From contig BTVI01000004.1 of assembly GCA_045862955.1 (NCBI GenBank), positions 1 to 64,000 of the forward strand: 64,000 nucleotides of DNA, given 5' to 3'. Position 1 is the first letter of the stretch. The number at the start of each line of letters is the position of its first letter. The translations under genes were made by a program, and so were the position numbers. Below the pieces are notes generated by a model. That model did not search any database. It was not told the DNA's origin and saw only the letters and a program-made list of their open reading frames with translations. Shown piece by piece: positions 21,329 to 30,360 of this stretch. Source of the DNA: Fimbriimonadales bacterium (GTDB lineage: Bacteria; Armatimonadota; Fimbriimonadia; Fimbriimonadales; JABRVX01).

Positions 21329-21889
21329 TTAGAGCGATCACCCAACGGCAGTGTTGGCGGGGGCGTCGGCGAAGTCCAGCTTCGGAGCCTTCTTGCCCAC
21401 GAGCTTGTAAGCTTCGGTAGCCGTCGCGGTCAGGATAGAGCGGCTGATGCCGAGGTCGAACTTCGCTACCTTGCCGCCCTTCGTCAGCAGCGCCGTGGCG
21501 GGCGATCTCGTTAGCCCGAACGCACGGAACGCCTTCTTATCCGGGTCGAGCAGCACCGGGAACTTAGCCGAGTGCTTTGCAACAAACGACTTGGCGGCAT
21601 CTGCCTTCGCATCCAGTACCATGTAGCGCTTGATCCCGCAGCCGGCGAGCTGTTCTTCGAGCTTGTTGTAGTGCTTGAACACCACGTGAGTGGTGGGACA
21701 CGAATGCCCGATGAACAGAAGAAGAACCGGGCCCTGCTTTGTCAGGTCTGCGGAAGTAACTGTCTTGCCGTCCATCGTGGTAACCGAGAAGGTCGGCGTC
21801 TTATCGCCGGCTTTGGGCAGCTTGGTCGCTTGACCAAGCAGAAACACGAGAGCCGCCACAATCAGGACGGCCATTCCCGCACGTCTCAT
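21329..21889 (-). CDS. Exported redoxin (AhpC/TSA, thioredoxin fold), probable selenoprotein ending TAVG-U-SL
   Basis: GDKTPTFSVTTMDGKTV, HSCP, FPVLLDP, SPAT; TGA 21338-21340 followed by TCG CTC TAA; ATG 21889 after GGGAGGGAG. Confidence 0.8.
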
Positions 21890-21974
21890 TCTCCCTCCCA
21901 TGCTTCTGTCTAACTTGCTATCTTGCACCAGAACTATATACGCCGCAACTGGTGAAGGGTGCGGCAGGCGGGGC

Positions 21975-23051
21975 TCAGCAGTAGTTCCCGTAGCGCCGGA
22001 TACCTTCGAAGAACGCCATCACATTCGCCCAGGGTACGTCCGGTTCTAGGATGTGACTGGGGGCGAGCAGCAAGCCGCCGCCGCGCCCCACGGTCTCAAT
22101 CCGCACCCGAATCTCCTCCATCACGTCCTCTGGCGAGCCGAACGGCATGGTCGTCTGCGTGCCGATGGTGCCCCAGAAAGCGAGCCTGTGCCCGTGCTCG
22201 CGCTTCATCGCTGCCGGGTCCATACACTCCGGCTGGACTGGGTTCAACACATCCACCCCGATGTCTGCCAGCTCGCTCACCACTTCGGTGCAGTTGCCGT
22301 CCGAGTGGTAGAACACGATAATATCCGGCTTGACCTCGCGTGCTGCAGCGATGACACGGGCCAGGCGTCCCTTCAGCAGCCGACGCCATGTCTCTACGCT
22401 GAACATCATGCCGTTCTGCCCCGAAATGTCGTCTCCCAGTCGAATGATGTCCGCTCCAGCTTCGGCATATCGCCGGGCTTGACGCTCGCGAACCTGGGTC
22501 ACTCGCTCGAAGAGCGCCTCCGCCAGTTCCGGTCTGCTTTGCATGTCTATCAGGCACTCCTCCAGGCCGCGGATGGCCCACGAGGTCTCGAATATCGTGC
22601 AACCGAGCTCACCCATGCTCGCCAGGTCCCGGGCGTGGAGCGCTGCTGCATCCGCTTTCAGATGCGACCAGAAGCGGGGGTCATCCACGTCGGGAATGGG
22701 ATACTCCTCGATCTCTCGAACGTTCTCGGCCTTTCGCAGGGGAGCGACGTGCCGAGTGAAGTGGTACAAGGAGCCGGGCACCTGGGCGTCGCCCCATCCA
22801 CCGATGCTGGTCCCCTCCGGAAGGTCATCGTAGTAGCGGGAGTAGGTCTGCCAGCGCTCCTCGGCAGAGGTCCATCGGAAGGAAAGAGAGCGCACCGGGT
22901 AGGCGAAGTACTCTTCCGGATCGTCGGCTCCCGTCTCGCGCCGGAAGATGTCCATCAGCGCGGGAGTGAAGCTGCCGTAAGGGAGCTCGTAAGGCACGCT
23001 GTCGGGTTCCTGGCGCCTTAGTGCGGTGAGCACCCTCTGGCGCGGTGTCAT
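21975..23051 (-). CDS. Uroporphyrinogen decarboxylase family protein (URO-D-like TIM barrel)
   Basis: MTPRQRV, RGLEECLID, GDDISGQ, YHSDGN, LNPVQPE, GGGLLLAPSH; start may be GTG 23063. Confidence 0.88.
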   Translation of the reverse strand: MTPRQRVLTALRRQEPDSVPYELPYGSFTPALMDIFRRETGADDPEEYFAYPVRSLSFRWTSAEERWQTYSRYYDDLPEGTSIGGWGDAQVPGSLYHFTRHVAPLRKAENVREIEEYPIPDVDDPRFWSHLKADAAALHARDLASMGELGCTIFETSWAIRGLEECLIDMQSRPELAEALFERVTQVRERQARRYAEAGADIIRLGDDISGQNGMMFSVETWRRLLKGRLARVIAAAREVKPDIIVFYHSDGNCTEVVSELADIGVDVLNPVQPECMDPAAMKREHGHRLAFWGTIGTQTTMPFGSPEDVMEEIRVRIETVGRGGGLLLAPSHILEPDVPWANVMAFFEGIRRYGNYC

Positions 23052-23139
23052 GCTGCTTGCCACGCTGCGTCATTCGGCGCCGACCCGCCACTCCCTGTCG
23101 CCGAAGGACGGATGCCGGGAGGAAGCGAATCGTTCTTCC

Positions 23140-24429
23140 ATGCGGATCCGCTGGCTGTCGGCACTCGCCGTGGCCCCCGCCATCGTCCTAGGTATCGGTG
23201 GGGCGACGCTCTGCACCGCCTCCACTGGCTGGAAGGTCCTCGCCCCCTCCCCTTGGAGCGAAGCGGAAGGGGGAGGGTCGGGAAGGGGGTCCGAATCGCC
23301 GGCGCCTGGCTCGGCAGCGGAGGGCCAACAGGGAGACACGGGCTGGCACTTCCGCGGGCTGCCCGGTATCCGCGGGGACGCGGAACTGCGCATCGGCGCC
23401 AAGTTCTGGAAGGACGAGGCGCGCGTCCGCAACCTCCAACTACGCGTCTCGGCCGACATAGCCCCCTGGCTCCGTGCGCACACCATCGTGCGGCGTCGCG
23501 AAGGCGACTGGGAGCGAATGCCCCTCACGCCGGACGTGGACGAGGCGTATCTGCAGACCTCCGTCTACCGGCTGTCCGGGGACTGGGACATGGCTGTCGA
23601 CGCAAAGCTCGGTCGCGTGCGCTTCCTTCACTTCCCTTACCCCGACTACCTCGCATCGTTCGACCAAGTGCCGGGCATCGGCGACCTGTTCGGTGGTCCT
23701 CCGACGGACTACCGGGGGCTGGTGACGAGCTTCGAGGCCGCGCACGCGACCGGCCTCGGGGCACATCTCGACGGCGCGCTGTGGGGATTCGGCCACTCTG
23801 GTAACGAGGTGATGGCAGCCTACGGCTTCTACCGACGCGACTTCGGCAAGGGCTGGAGGCTGGAGGCGAGAGCCGGTGCGTTGCCCAATCGGCCGGAGCC
23901 TCTCGGAGCCAACATCGAGTTAGGAGGCACGCTCTTCGTCGGCAAGCGCCTCGGGCCTGTTTTCGTCGGCGGGCTGTACGAGAAGCGCGAGGGGGAAGGA
24001 GCCTACACCGGGGTGCTGGTGCAATTCGACCGAGGGCCGCTGACGGAGTTCGCTGGTGCGACCACGATTGACTACCAACGCAGCCCAGAGGGAGTATCCT
24101 TCCAGCTCAGCGTTGCTCGCCTGCGATTTGGCTTCGACCGGGCTGTTCCGCCTGGTGCCGAGTTGGTCGGCGAGATTACCGCTCGCCGGCTCCGCACCTT
24201 GTGGCAAGGCGGCTACAACCGCAATCAGGCCGAGTTCCGAACCGCTTCGTGGGGGATCACGTCCGGGCCGAATCTCGCCATAGTGGTGGAGGAGAGCCCC
24301 TGGTATCTCGATCTGGAGGCGCTCGTCAGTCCTCACACCTCGCTAAACACGGAATGGTTTCGTGATAGGCAGGGCCCCGGCCAATACCGGCAGGACGTCG
24401 TATACCGCTTCTACCGTGTGAAGAAGTGA
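23140..24429 (+). CDS. Hypothetical exported protein, beta-strand-rich (possible outer-membrane barrel)
   Basis: Signal-like N-terminus, Gly/Ser linker, alternating aromatic/hydrophobic strands. Confidence 0.6.
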   Translation: MRIRWLSALAVAPAIVLGIGGATLCTASTGWKVLAPSPWSEAEGGGSGRGSESPAPGSAAEGQQGDTGWHFRGLPGIRGDAELRIGAKFWKDEARVRNLQLRVSADIAPWLRAHTIVRRREGDWERMPLTPDVDEAYLQTSVYRLSGDWDMAVDAKLGRVRFLHFPYPDYLASFDQVPGIGDLFGGPPTDYRGLVTSFEAAHATGLGAHLDGALWGFGHSGNEVMAAYGFYRRDFGKGWRLEARAGALPNRPEPLGANIELGGTLFVGKRLGPVFVGGLYEKREGEGAYTGVLVQFDRGPLTEFAGATTIDYQRSPEGVSFQLSVARLRFGFDRAVPPGAELVGEITARRLRTLWQGGYNRNQAEFRTASWGITSGPNLAIVVEESPWYLDLEALVSPHTSLNTEWFRDRQGPGQYRQDVVYRFYRVKK

Positions 24430-24465
24430 GTGGGTGGTCCCGCTGCAGCGGGACCACCCTCACTC
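24428..24465. terminator. Bidirectional hairpin between convergent genes
   Basis: GGGTGGTCCCGC-TGCA-GCGGGACCACCC 12-bp perfect stem, extendable. Confidence 0.75.
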
Positions 24466-24483
24466 CCGTGCGTGGAACGGAAA

Positions 24484-25758
24484 CTACACCCAGCCACGCT
24501 GGCGGCAGGCGTTCGCAACGCGCTGTACAGCCACCAAGTAGGCTCCAGTCCGGGGATCCACTTTGCTTCGAGTGCTCATCTCGTGCACGGCGTGGAAGGC
24601 CTCGGTCATTCGCACGTCCAACTGCCGGTGGACCTCCTCGACCTCCCAGTAATAGTTGTAGGCGTTCTGCACCTGCTCGAAGTAGCTGACCGTCACACCA
24701 CCCGCGTTGCAGAGGAAGTCGGGGATGACGTACACGTTGTTGCGGAAGAAGATCTCGTCGGCCTCGGGTGTTGTCGGCCCGTTTGCCAACTCCGCGATGA
24801 TCTTCGGCCGCACACGGTCGGCGTTAGCTGCCGTGAGTACGTTCTCCAGCGCCGACGGCATCAGAACGGTGGCCGGATACTCCAAGAGCTGCTCGTTGCT
24901 GATGAACTCTGCTCCAGGGAAGTTGATGACGCTACCAGTGGTCATCTTGTGCTCCAGGACTTCCTCGTACTTCAGGCCGCTGGGGCAGAAGATGCCGCCC
25001 TTCGAGTCGCTGACGGCAACCACTTTGAGCCCAAGCAACTCGGTTCCGAGTTTGTGGGCGAACTGGCCGGCGTTGCCGTAGCCCTGGATCGTGGTCTCCG
25101 CCCCATTCAGTTCGAGCCCCAGCGTCTTGGCCGCCTCGCGAACGGTGTAGATGCCGCCCCGGGCAGTGGCGTCGCCGCGGCCTTCGGAGCCACCGCTCTG
25201 GATTGGCTTGCCCGTGATGACGCCAGGCGCCTTGTGCCCGATCATCGTCTCGTACTCGTCCAGCATCCAGGTCATGATCTGGGGTGTGGTGTATACGTCC
25301 GGCGCGGGCACGTCACGATTGGGGCCGATCACGTGTGCGATCGCACGGATGTACCCTCGGCTGAGGCGCTCGAGTTCGCCTCGGGACAGTTTCTTGGGGT
25401 CGCATATCACGCCCCCCTTGCCACCGCCGAGAGGGATATCCACCACAGCGGTCTTCCACGTCATCCACGCTGCAAGTGCCCGAACGGTGTCCACCGTCTC
25501 GTCGGGGTGAAAGCGAATGCCGCCCTTGCAGGGGCCGCGTGCGCTGTTGTACTGAACGCGGAAGCCAGTGAAGACGCGCACCGAGCCGTCGTCCATGCGC
25601 ACGGGGATCTGCACGCGGACCTCGAACATAGGCTCGCGCAGGAGCTGGTGCACGGCCGGCTCGAGCTCGAGCAGCTTGGCGGCATGGTCGAGCTGCGCCT
25701 GAGCGACAGCAAACGGGTTGAGTTCCTGGTCGGAGGGCTTCGGTGGAACGATTGACAT
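24484..25758 (-). CDS. gdhA: Glutamate dehydrogenase (Glu/Leu/Phe/Val dehydrogenase family)
   Basis: [65 protein letters not shown]. Confidence 0.95.
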   Translation of the reverse strand: MSIVPPKPSDQELNPFAVAQAQLDHAAKLLELEPAVHQLLREPMFEVRVQIPVRMDDGSVRVFTGFRVQYNSARGPCKGGIRFHPDETVDTVRALAAWMTWKTAVVDIPLGGGKGGVICDPKKLSRGELERLSRGYIRAIAHVIGPNRDVPAPDVYTTPQIMTWMLDEYETMIGHKAPGVITGKPIQSGGSEGRGDATARGGIYTVREAAKTLGLELNGAETTIQGYGNAGQFAHKLGTELLGLKVVAVSDSKGGIFCPSGLKYEEVLEHKMTTGSVINFPGAEFISNEQLLEYPATVLMPSALENVLTAANADRVRPKIIAELANGPTTPEADEIFFRNNVYVIPDFLCNAGGVTVSYFEQVQNAYNYYWEVEEVHRQLDVRMTEAFHAVHEMSTRSKVDPRTGAYLVAVQRVANACRQRGWV

Positions 25759-25996
25759 CGTCTGATTCTCCTTTGAATCGTTTCCTCAGGCTCCCGGCTA
25801 CCGATGAGCCACATCGCTCGAGCCGGTAGGAGCGCCAGTAGGCACAGAGTACCCAATCTTCGGCCAAGTTGGGATTCTCGCTCATGAGAAAAATCACGAA
25901 TCTTTGCCGACTGGCTGCTGGCCAGTCACCTGGCAGGGTCCCCGGCGCGGCTGTCGAACGCTCGCGCAGATGGGAAGCACACGCCAGGGCGAAGCC

Positions 25997-26887
25997 GTGC
26001 GGGTAGCACCCAGCGGCATCTGGTCGGTTCTCGCCACTCCGTTCGACTGCACGGGTAAGGTGGACCACGGTGCGTTGCGCGCCGAAGTGCAGTGGCTGGG
26101 AGAACTCGGCGTCCGGGGCGTGATCGCAAACGGCGTCACTAGCGAGGCGCACAAGCTGTCCCACGAAGAGCGGTGCTCGGCCGCCGAGACGGTTCGCGCA
26201 GTTCTGCCGGAGGGGCTCGGCCTGGTGATAGGCATCCTCGGGTCGAGCCGACCGCTGCTCGGGGCCGCAGCGGAGCGGGCCAGAGCGTTGAGACCCGATG
26301 CCATCATGGTGTGGGCGGCTTCGGACCCTGGCGTGGTCACTGACCAAATAGAAGCGATGCAGGACCTCGTCGCCGACGCCTCGGGAGCACCCGTCATCAT
26401 GCAGGACGCCGCTTTCTTTGGACCGCCGCCCTTGCAGCCGGAGGACATCGCAGGCGCAGTCAACCGCAGCAATTACGTGTGCGGCGTGAAGATCGAGTCC
26501 CCGCGCAGCGTCGAAAGGATGCAGGCGGTCCAACGACGTCTCGAGCGTCCCGTGAGGCTGATCGGGGGACAGGCCGGGCGCTTCATGCCTCTCGAGTACG
26601 AGGTGGGAGCGCGGGCGTTCTTCGTCGGGCCCGGTTTCCCAGACCTCTATCTGCCTATCTACCAGGAGTTGGCAAGTGGCGGAGAATTGCCCGACTCTTG
26701 GCGGACGCTGGTCCCCTTGCTGGACTTCATGTTTCAGAGTGCGGAGTTCGCCATCGCCTGCTACAAGCGCCTGCTGGTTGCTCGGGGCGTTATCGCCAAC
26801 GCCGCACCCCGCAGCCCGGGAGCCACGCTCCAGCCCATCGAGGAGAAGCACCTTCTGCGGCTCGGCCACGAACTGGGGCTGATGTGA
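25997..26887 (+). CDS. DapA/NAL-superfamily lyase (Gln-type active site)
   Basis: LATPF, NGVTSE..LSHEER, VIMQDA, GVKIES; start may be 25970. Confidence 0.85.
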   Translation: MRVAPSGIWSVLATPFDCTGKVDHGALRAEVQWLGELGVRGVIANGVTSEAHKLSHEERCSAAETVRAVLPEGLGLVIGILGSSRPLLGAAAERARALRPDAIMVWAASDPGVVTDQIEAMQDLVADASGAPVIMQDAAFFGPPPLQPEDIAGAVNRSNYVCGVKIESPRSVERMQAVQRRLERPVRLIGGQAGRFMPLEYEVGARAFFVGPGFPDLYLPIYQELASGGELPDSWRTLVPLLDFMFQSAEFAIACYKRLLVARGVIANAAPRSPGATLQPIEEKHLLRLGHELGLM

Positions 26888-28002
26888 TGGAGAAGGGAGT
26901 GTGGGCCTACCCGTGGGATCTGCTAGCTGAACCGGACAGCGCCCGACGCCATGCGGATATGGGCCTTACCTACGTATGCGTCGCCGCGCGCTACCACGCC
27001 GTGCGCGCTTTGAGCTATCGTCCCGAGGGCCCGCGCATCACGACACACCGACTAGGCGAGAGTTGGTTGGATGAGGCGGCGAGCCTCTCTGCGCATTACG
27101 CAGCTGCCGGCGTTGCGCTGGATGCCTGGATCGTATGCTTCCACGAGGATCCGGCACCGGACGGGCAGCGGGTGATCAACTGCTTCGGCGACGAGTACCC
27201 CTGGGCTTCGTGTCCGCGCCACCCCGAGGCGCGTGAGCGCATTCTCTCGTTTGTCGAGCGGACTGCGGCCACCGGCGCTTTCCGAACATTAGAGCTGGAG
27301 GCATTCGGCTTCTACGGGTTCGCGCACGGCTCGGAACACGACAAGGTTTGCGTGCCGTCGCATGCTCAGCTCGTCGAGGCGCTGTCCCTGTGTTGCTGCC
27401 GCAGGTGCCGCGCGGCCACCGGCGTTACGGCCGGCGAACTGGGGCAGTTGGTGAGGCCGATGCTGCTCGACGCTCCTGCCGATGTAGCGGCGTCCGCGCA
27501 TTCCCGAGACAGCGAAGCATCGGAACTTCTGGAGAGCTTCTTAGAAGCGGAAAGGGCGGCGCGGGCTACGTACTGCAGTGACCTTTTGGCAGAGGCGCAG
27601 CAGCGTGTGAACGGGCGCGGGCGGATACGCATCCAGGTGTCGCCCGACAAGCGCGCATTCGGTGCGGCAAGGCCGGTGCCTGCTCCCGACTCGGTCCTGC
27701 CAGACGAGTTGGTGGTCCCTGTCTGGTCCAGCGACCCCGCCGAAGCGCTGGACGCCGTGCGAAAGGTGCGCGCTGAGATCCAGGACCGGGAGGGAGAAAG
27801 CCCCCACCTCGGGCGGCGGGGGCATCCGAAGCTGCTGGCAGGGTTCGCCGCAATCCCGCCGTACTGTCCGAGGGAGCGAATCGCGCAGGCCGTCGGGACT
27901 ATCCTAGAGGCCGGTCCCGACGGCTTATGCGCCTACCACGATGGCATGATGCATCCGGTGGCCCGTCGTGCCTATGCCGAAGCGCTCGCGGCTCAGTCCT
28001 GA
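26887..28002 (+). CDS. Hypothetical protein, glycoside-hydrolase-like TIM barrel with Cys cluster
   Basis: WAYPWD, AARYH, NCFGD..CP, LELE..G, LSLCCCRRC; TGATG coupling to the upstream gene. Confidence 0.65.
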   Translation: MEKGVWAYPWDLLAEPDSARRHADMGLTYVCVAARYHAVRALSYRPEGPRITTHRLGESWLDEAASLSAHYAAAGVALDAWIVCFHEDPAPDGQRVINCFGDEYPWASCPRHPEARERILSFVERTAATGAFRTLELEAFGFYGFAHGSEHDKVCVPSHAQLVEALSLCCCRRCRAATGVTAGELGQLVRPMLLDAPADVAASAHSRDSEASELLESFLEAERAARATYCSDLLAEAQQRVNGRGRIRIQVSPDKRAFGAARPVPAPDSVLPDELVVPVWSSDPAEALDAVRKVRAEIQDREGESPHLGRRGHPKLLAGFAAIPPYCPRERIAQAVGTILEAGPDGLCAYHDGMMHPVARRAYAEALAAQS

Positions 28003-28871
28003 ACCACGAACTGCTGGAGATGCCGCAGGCCGATGATCAGGCCCTCGTCTTCCATCTTCCGCCCACGCGGGTGGTCGCGGTACACGGCATCGTGCCACCC
28101 TTCGATGTTCAGGTCCCCGTGGTAGCCCTGCCTACGGAGCTCCTTGATGCACTCGGCCCAATCGGTGTCTCCCAGCCCAGGGAAGCAGTGCTCGATGGCG
28201 CCCGCACTCCACAACCCGTTCGCGGCGAGCAGGTCGCGGTTCACCTTCGCATCCTTCGCGTGCACGTGATACACCCGCGAGCCGAACTTGCGTAGCGTCT
28301 GCACAGGGTCTATGAACATGCAGATCAGGTGGCTAGGGTCCCACTCCAGACCGAGCGCATCGCTCCCCACGGCGTCGAAACATGCCTCCCACATCCACGG
28401 GGTGCACATGCAGTTGTTGCCGCCAGGCGGCTGATGGTAGGGTCCCATCGGGCAGTTCTCGAACGCGATCTTCACGCCGTGGTCCTGGGCGAACTTGGCG
28501 TGCTCCGTCCACACCTTCTTGAACAGCGGGATGCTTTCTTCCAACGGGGCGTTCAGCTTCTTGCCGCCGAAACCTCCGACCACCGGCACCTTTATGGCTT
28601 CAGCCAGCAGGATTACGTCGCGCACCAACTTCTTGTGCGATCGGACATCCGGTCCGTCCAGGTGATTCACGTAAAAGCCGGCAATGCACGAGATCCGAAG
28701 ACCTGCCGCGTCGAAGGCGGCCTTCACGTCTCTTGCCTTTCTCTCCCAGCCGGGCTTTCCTGGACGGTAGGGGGCGTCCGGCTGAAACGCGAGCTCAGCC
28801 GATCGGAACCCGTTCTCTTTCGCAAACCGAATGCGACCTTCGTCGAAGCCCATGATGAAGCCTATTCGCAT
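27993..28871 (-). CDS. Sugar phosphate isomerase/epimerase (xylose isomerase-like TIM barrel)
   Basis: IAFENCP, GLEWDPSHL, YHVHAKD, PGLGDTDW, NIE; GGAGG RBS. Confidence 0.9.
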   Translation of the reverse strand: MRIGFIMGFDEGRIRFAKENGFRSAELAFQPDAPYRPGKPGWERKARDVKAAFDAAGLRISCIAGFYVNHLDGPDVRSHKKLVRDVILLAEAIKVPVVGGFGGKKLNAPLEESIPLFKKVWTEHAKFAQDHGVKIAFENCPMGPYHQPPGGNNCMCTPWMWEACFDAVGSDALGLEWDPSHLICMFIDPVQTLRKFGSRVYHVHAKDAKVNRDLLAANGLWSAGAIEHCFPGLGDTDWAECIKELRRQGYHGDLNIEGWHDAVYRDHPRGRKMEDEGLIIGLRHLQQFVVQD

Positions 28872-29079
28872 CGTGTCCTCCGATTCGAGACGCCGGGGGC
28901 GTCCCACGTAATTGCCTCAAGGTTCCTCGGCACCGTTCGGTATCCTTTGTGAAATGAGGCGCGAGTTTCGCGTGCTCCGGAGGGATGCCCAGGACGCGGC
29001 CCGCATAGTATCATAGGGCTAGGCGGCCATGAGCGCCGCCTATCTCAGCCTTCAACGATGCAGGAAGGAGCATGTCTAG

Positions 29080-30360
29080 TTGGCTACGCTGAAGAATGCG
29101 CTCGCCGAGACCATCGCAAAGAGCCGCGAGGAGCTTCACCTTCTGGCGACTGAGCACGGCGACAAAGTGGTGGACCATGTTACGGTCGGCCAGATTCTCG
29201 GGGGGCAGCGAGGTATCAAGTCTCTCCTCTGTGACACGTCCGAAGTGCCGCCCGACAAAGGACTGATCATCCGAGGACGTCCGATCAAGGAGCTCGTGAA
29301 CAAATTACCAGAGGAGATTTTCTACCTCCTGTGCACGGGAGACCTCCCTGACGAGGAGGGACTTCGCGATCTACAGGCAGAGCTTCGCAGCCGCGCTCGT
29401 GTCCCCCAGTATGTGTGGCACGTGCTAGACGCGATGGATCGCGAGACGCACCCGATGGCGATGTTCAATACCGCCATCCTCGTCCTAGTACGAGAGTCGG
29501 TGTTTCAGCACAGGTACCCGAAGATGCGGAAGGAGGAGTATTGGGAGGCAACCTACGAGGACTCTCTGAATCTGATAGCCAAACTCCCCGACATCGCCGG
29601 ATACATCTACCGCAAGCGATTCCACAAGGGGCCACACATCCCACCCCGCGACGACCTGGATTTCGGCACGAACTATGCCTACTGCCTGGGGCTGCTGGAC
29701 GACGGGAAACGGTTCGCCGACCTCATCCGCTTGTACTTGGTTCTCCATTCTGATCACGAGAGCGGCAACGTGTCCGCCCATGTCACCCACTGCGTTGGGT
29801 CTGCCCTCTCCGACGTCTATTATTCGGTATCCGCTGGGCTGAACGGCCTCTCCGGTCCGCTCCATGGGTTGGCGAACCAGGAGTGTCTCGCCTGGGTGCT
29901 GGACCTGATGGAGCGCTTCGGGGGTGTGCCGACCGAGAAGCAACTCTACGAGTTTGCGTGGGAGACACTCAACCAAGGCCATGTCATTCCTGGATATGGT
30001 CACGCCGTGCTCCGAGTGGTCGACCCGCGGTTCGAGGCCTTGCTCGACTTCGGCATAGACTGCTGTGGTCACAACCCTGTCATTCAGACCGTGGAGATGA
30101 TCTACCGCGTGGTGCCGCAGGTGTTGAAAGAACAGGGTAAGGCCAAGAACGTCTGGCCCAACGTGGATGCGATCAGTGGAGCGCTCATCTATCAGTTCGG
30201 ACTGAAGGAGTTCGAGTACTACACTGTGCTCTTCGGAGTCGCACGTGTGCTGGGCATGTGCGCACAGCTAATCCTCGCACGCGGCATCATGGAGCCCATC
30301 GAGCGTCCGAAGTCCGTCACCACGCAGTGGCTGAAGCAGGCCGTGCAGGCAACGAACTGA
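29080..30360 (+). CDS. Citrate (Si)-synthase, eukaryotic/mitochondrial type
   Basis: GGQRGIKSL, LHSDHESGNVSAH, GPLHGLANQE, PGYGHAVLR..DPR, KNVWPNVDA; TTG start after AAGGAG. Confidence 0.93.
   Translation: MATLKNALAETIAKSREELHLLATEHGDKVVDHVTVGQILGGQRGIKSLLCDTSEVPPDKGLIIRGRPIKELVNKLPEEIFYLLCTGDLPDEEGLRDLQAELRSRARVPQYVWHVLDAMDRETHPMAMFNTAILVLVRESVFQHRYPKMRKEEYWEATYEDSLNLIAKLPDIAGYIYRKRFHKGPHIPPRDDLDFGTNYAYCLGLLDDGKRFADLIRLYLVLHSDHESGNVSAHVTHCVGSALSDVYYSVSAGLNGLSGPLHGLANQECLAWVLDLMERFGGVPTEKQLYEFAWETLNQGHVIPGYGHAVLRVVDPRFEALLDFGIDCCGHNPVIQTVEMIYRVVPQVLKEQGKAKNVWPNVDAISGALIYQFGLKEFEYYTVLFGVARVLGMCAQLILARGIMEPIERPKSVTTQWLKQAVQATN

Noticed and set aside
24430..25755. 441-aa plus-strand ORF
   Set aside because: Antisense shadow of gdhA; the same applies to 22053-23021, 58173-59372 and 2764-3693
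25872..25895. Imperfect palindrome TTCTC-N6-GAGAA between gdhA and the DapA-like gene
   Set aside because: A plausible operator, but too short to support without a second instance
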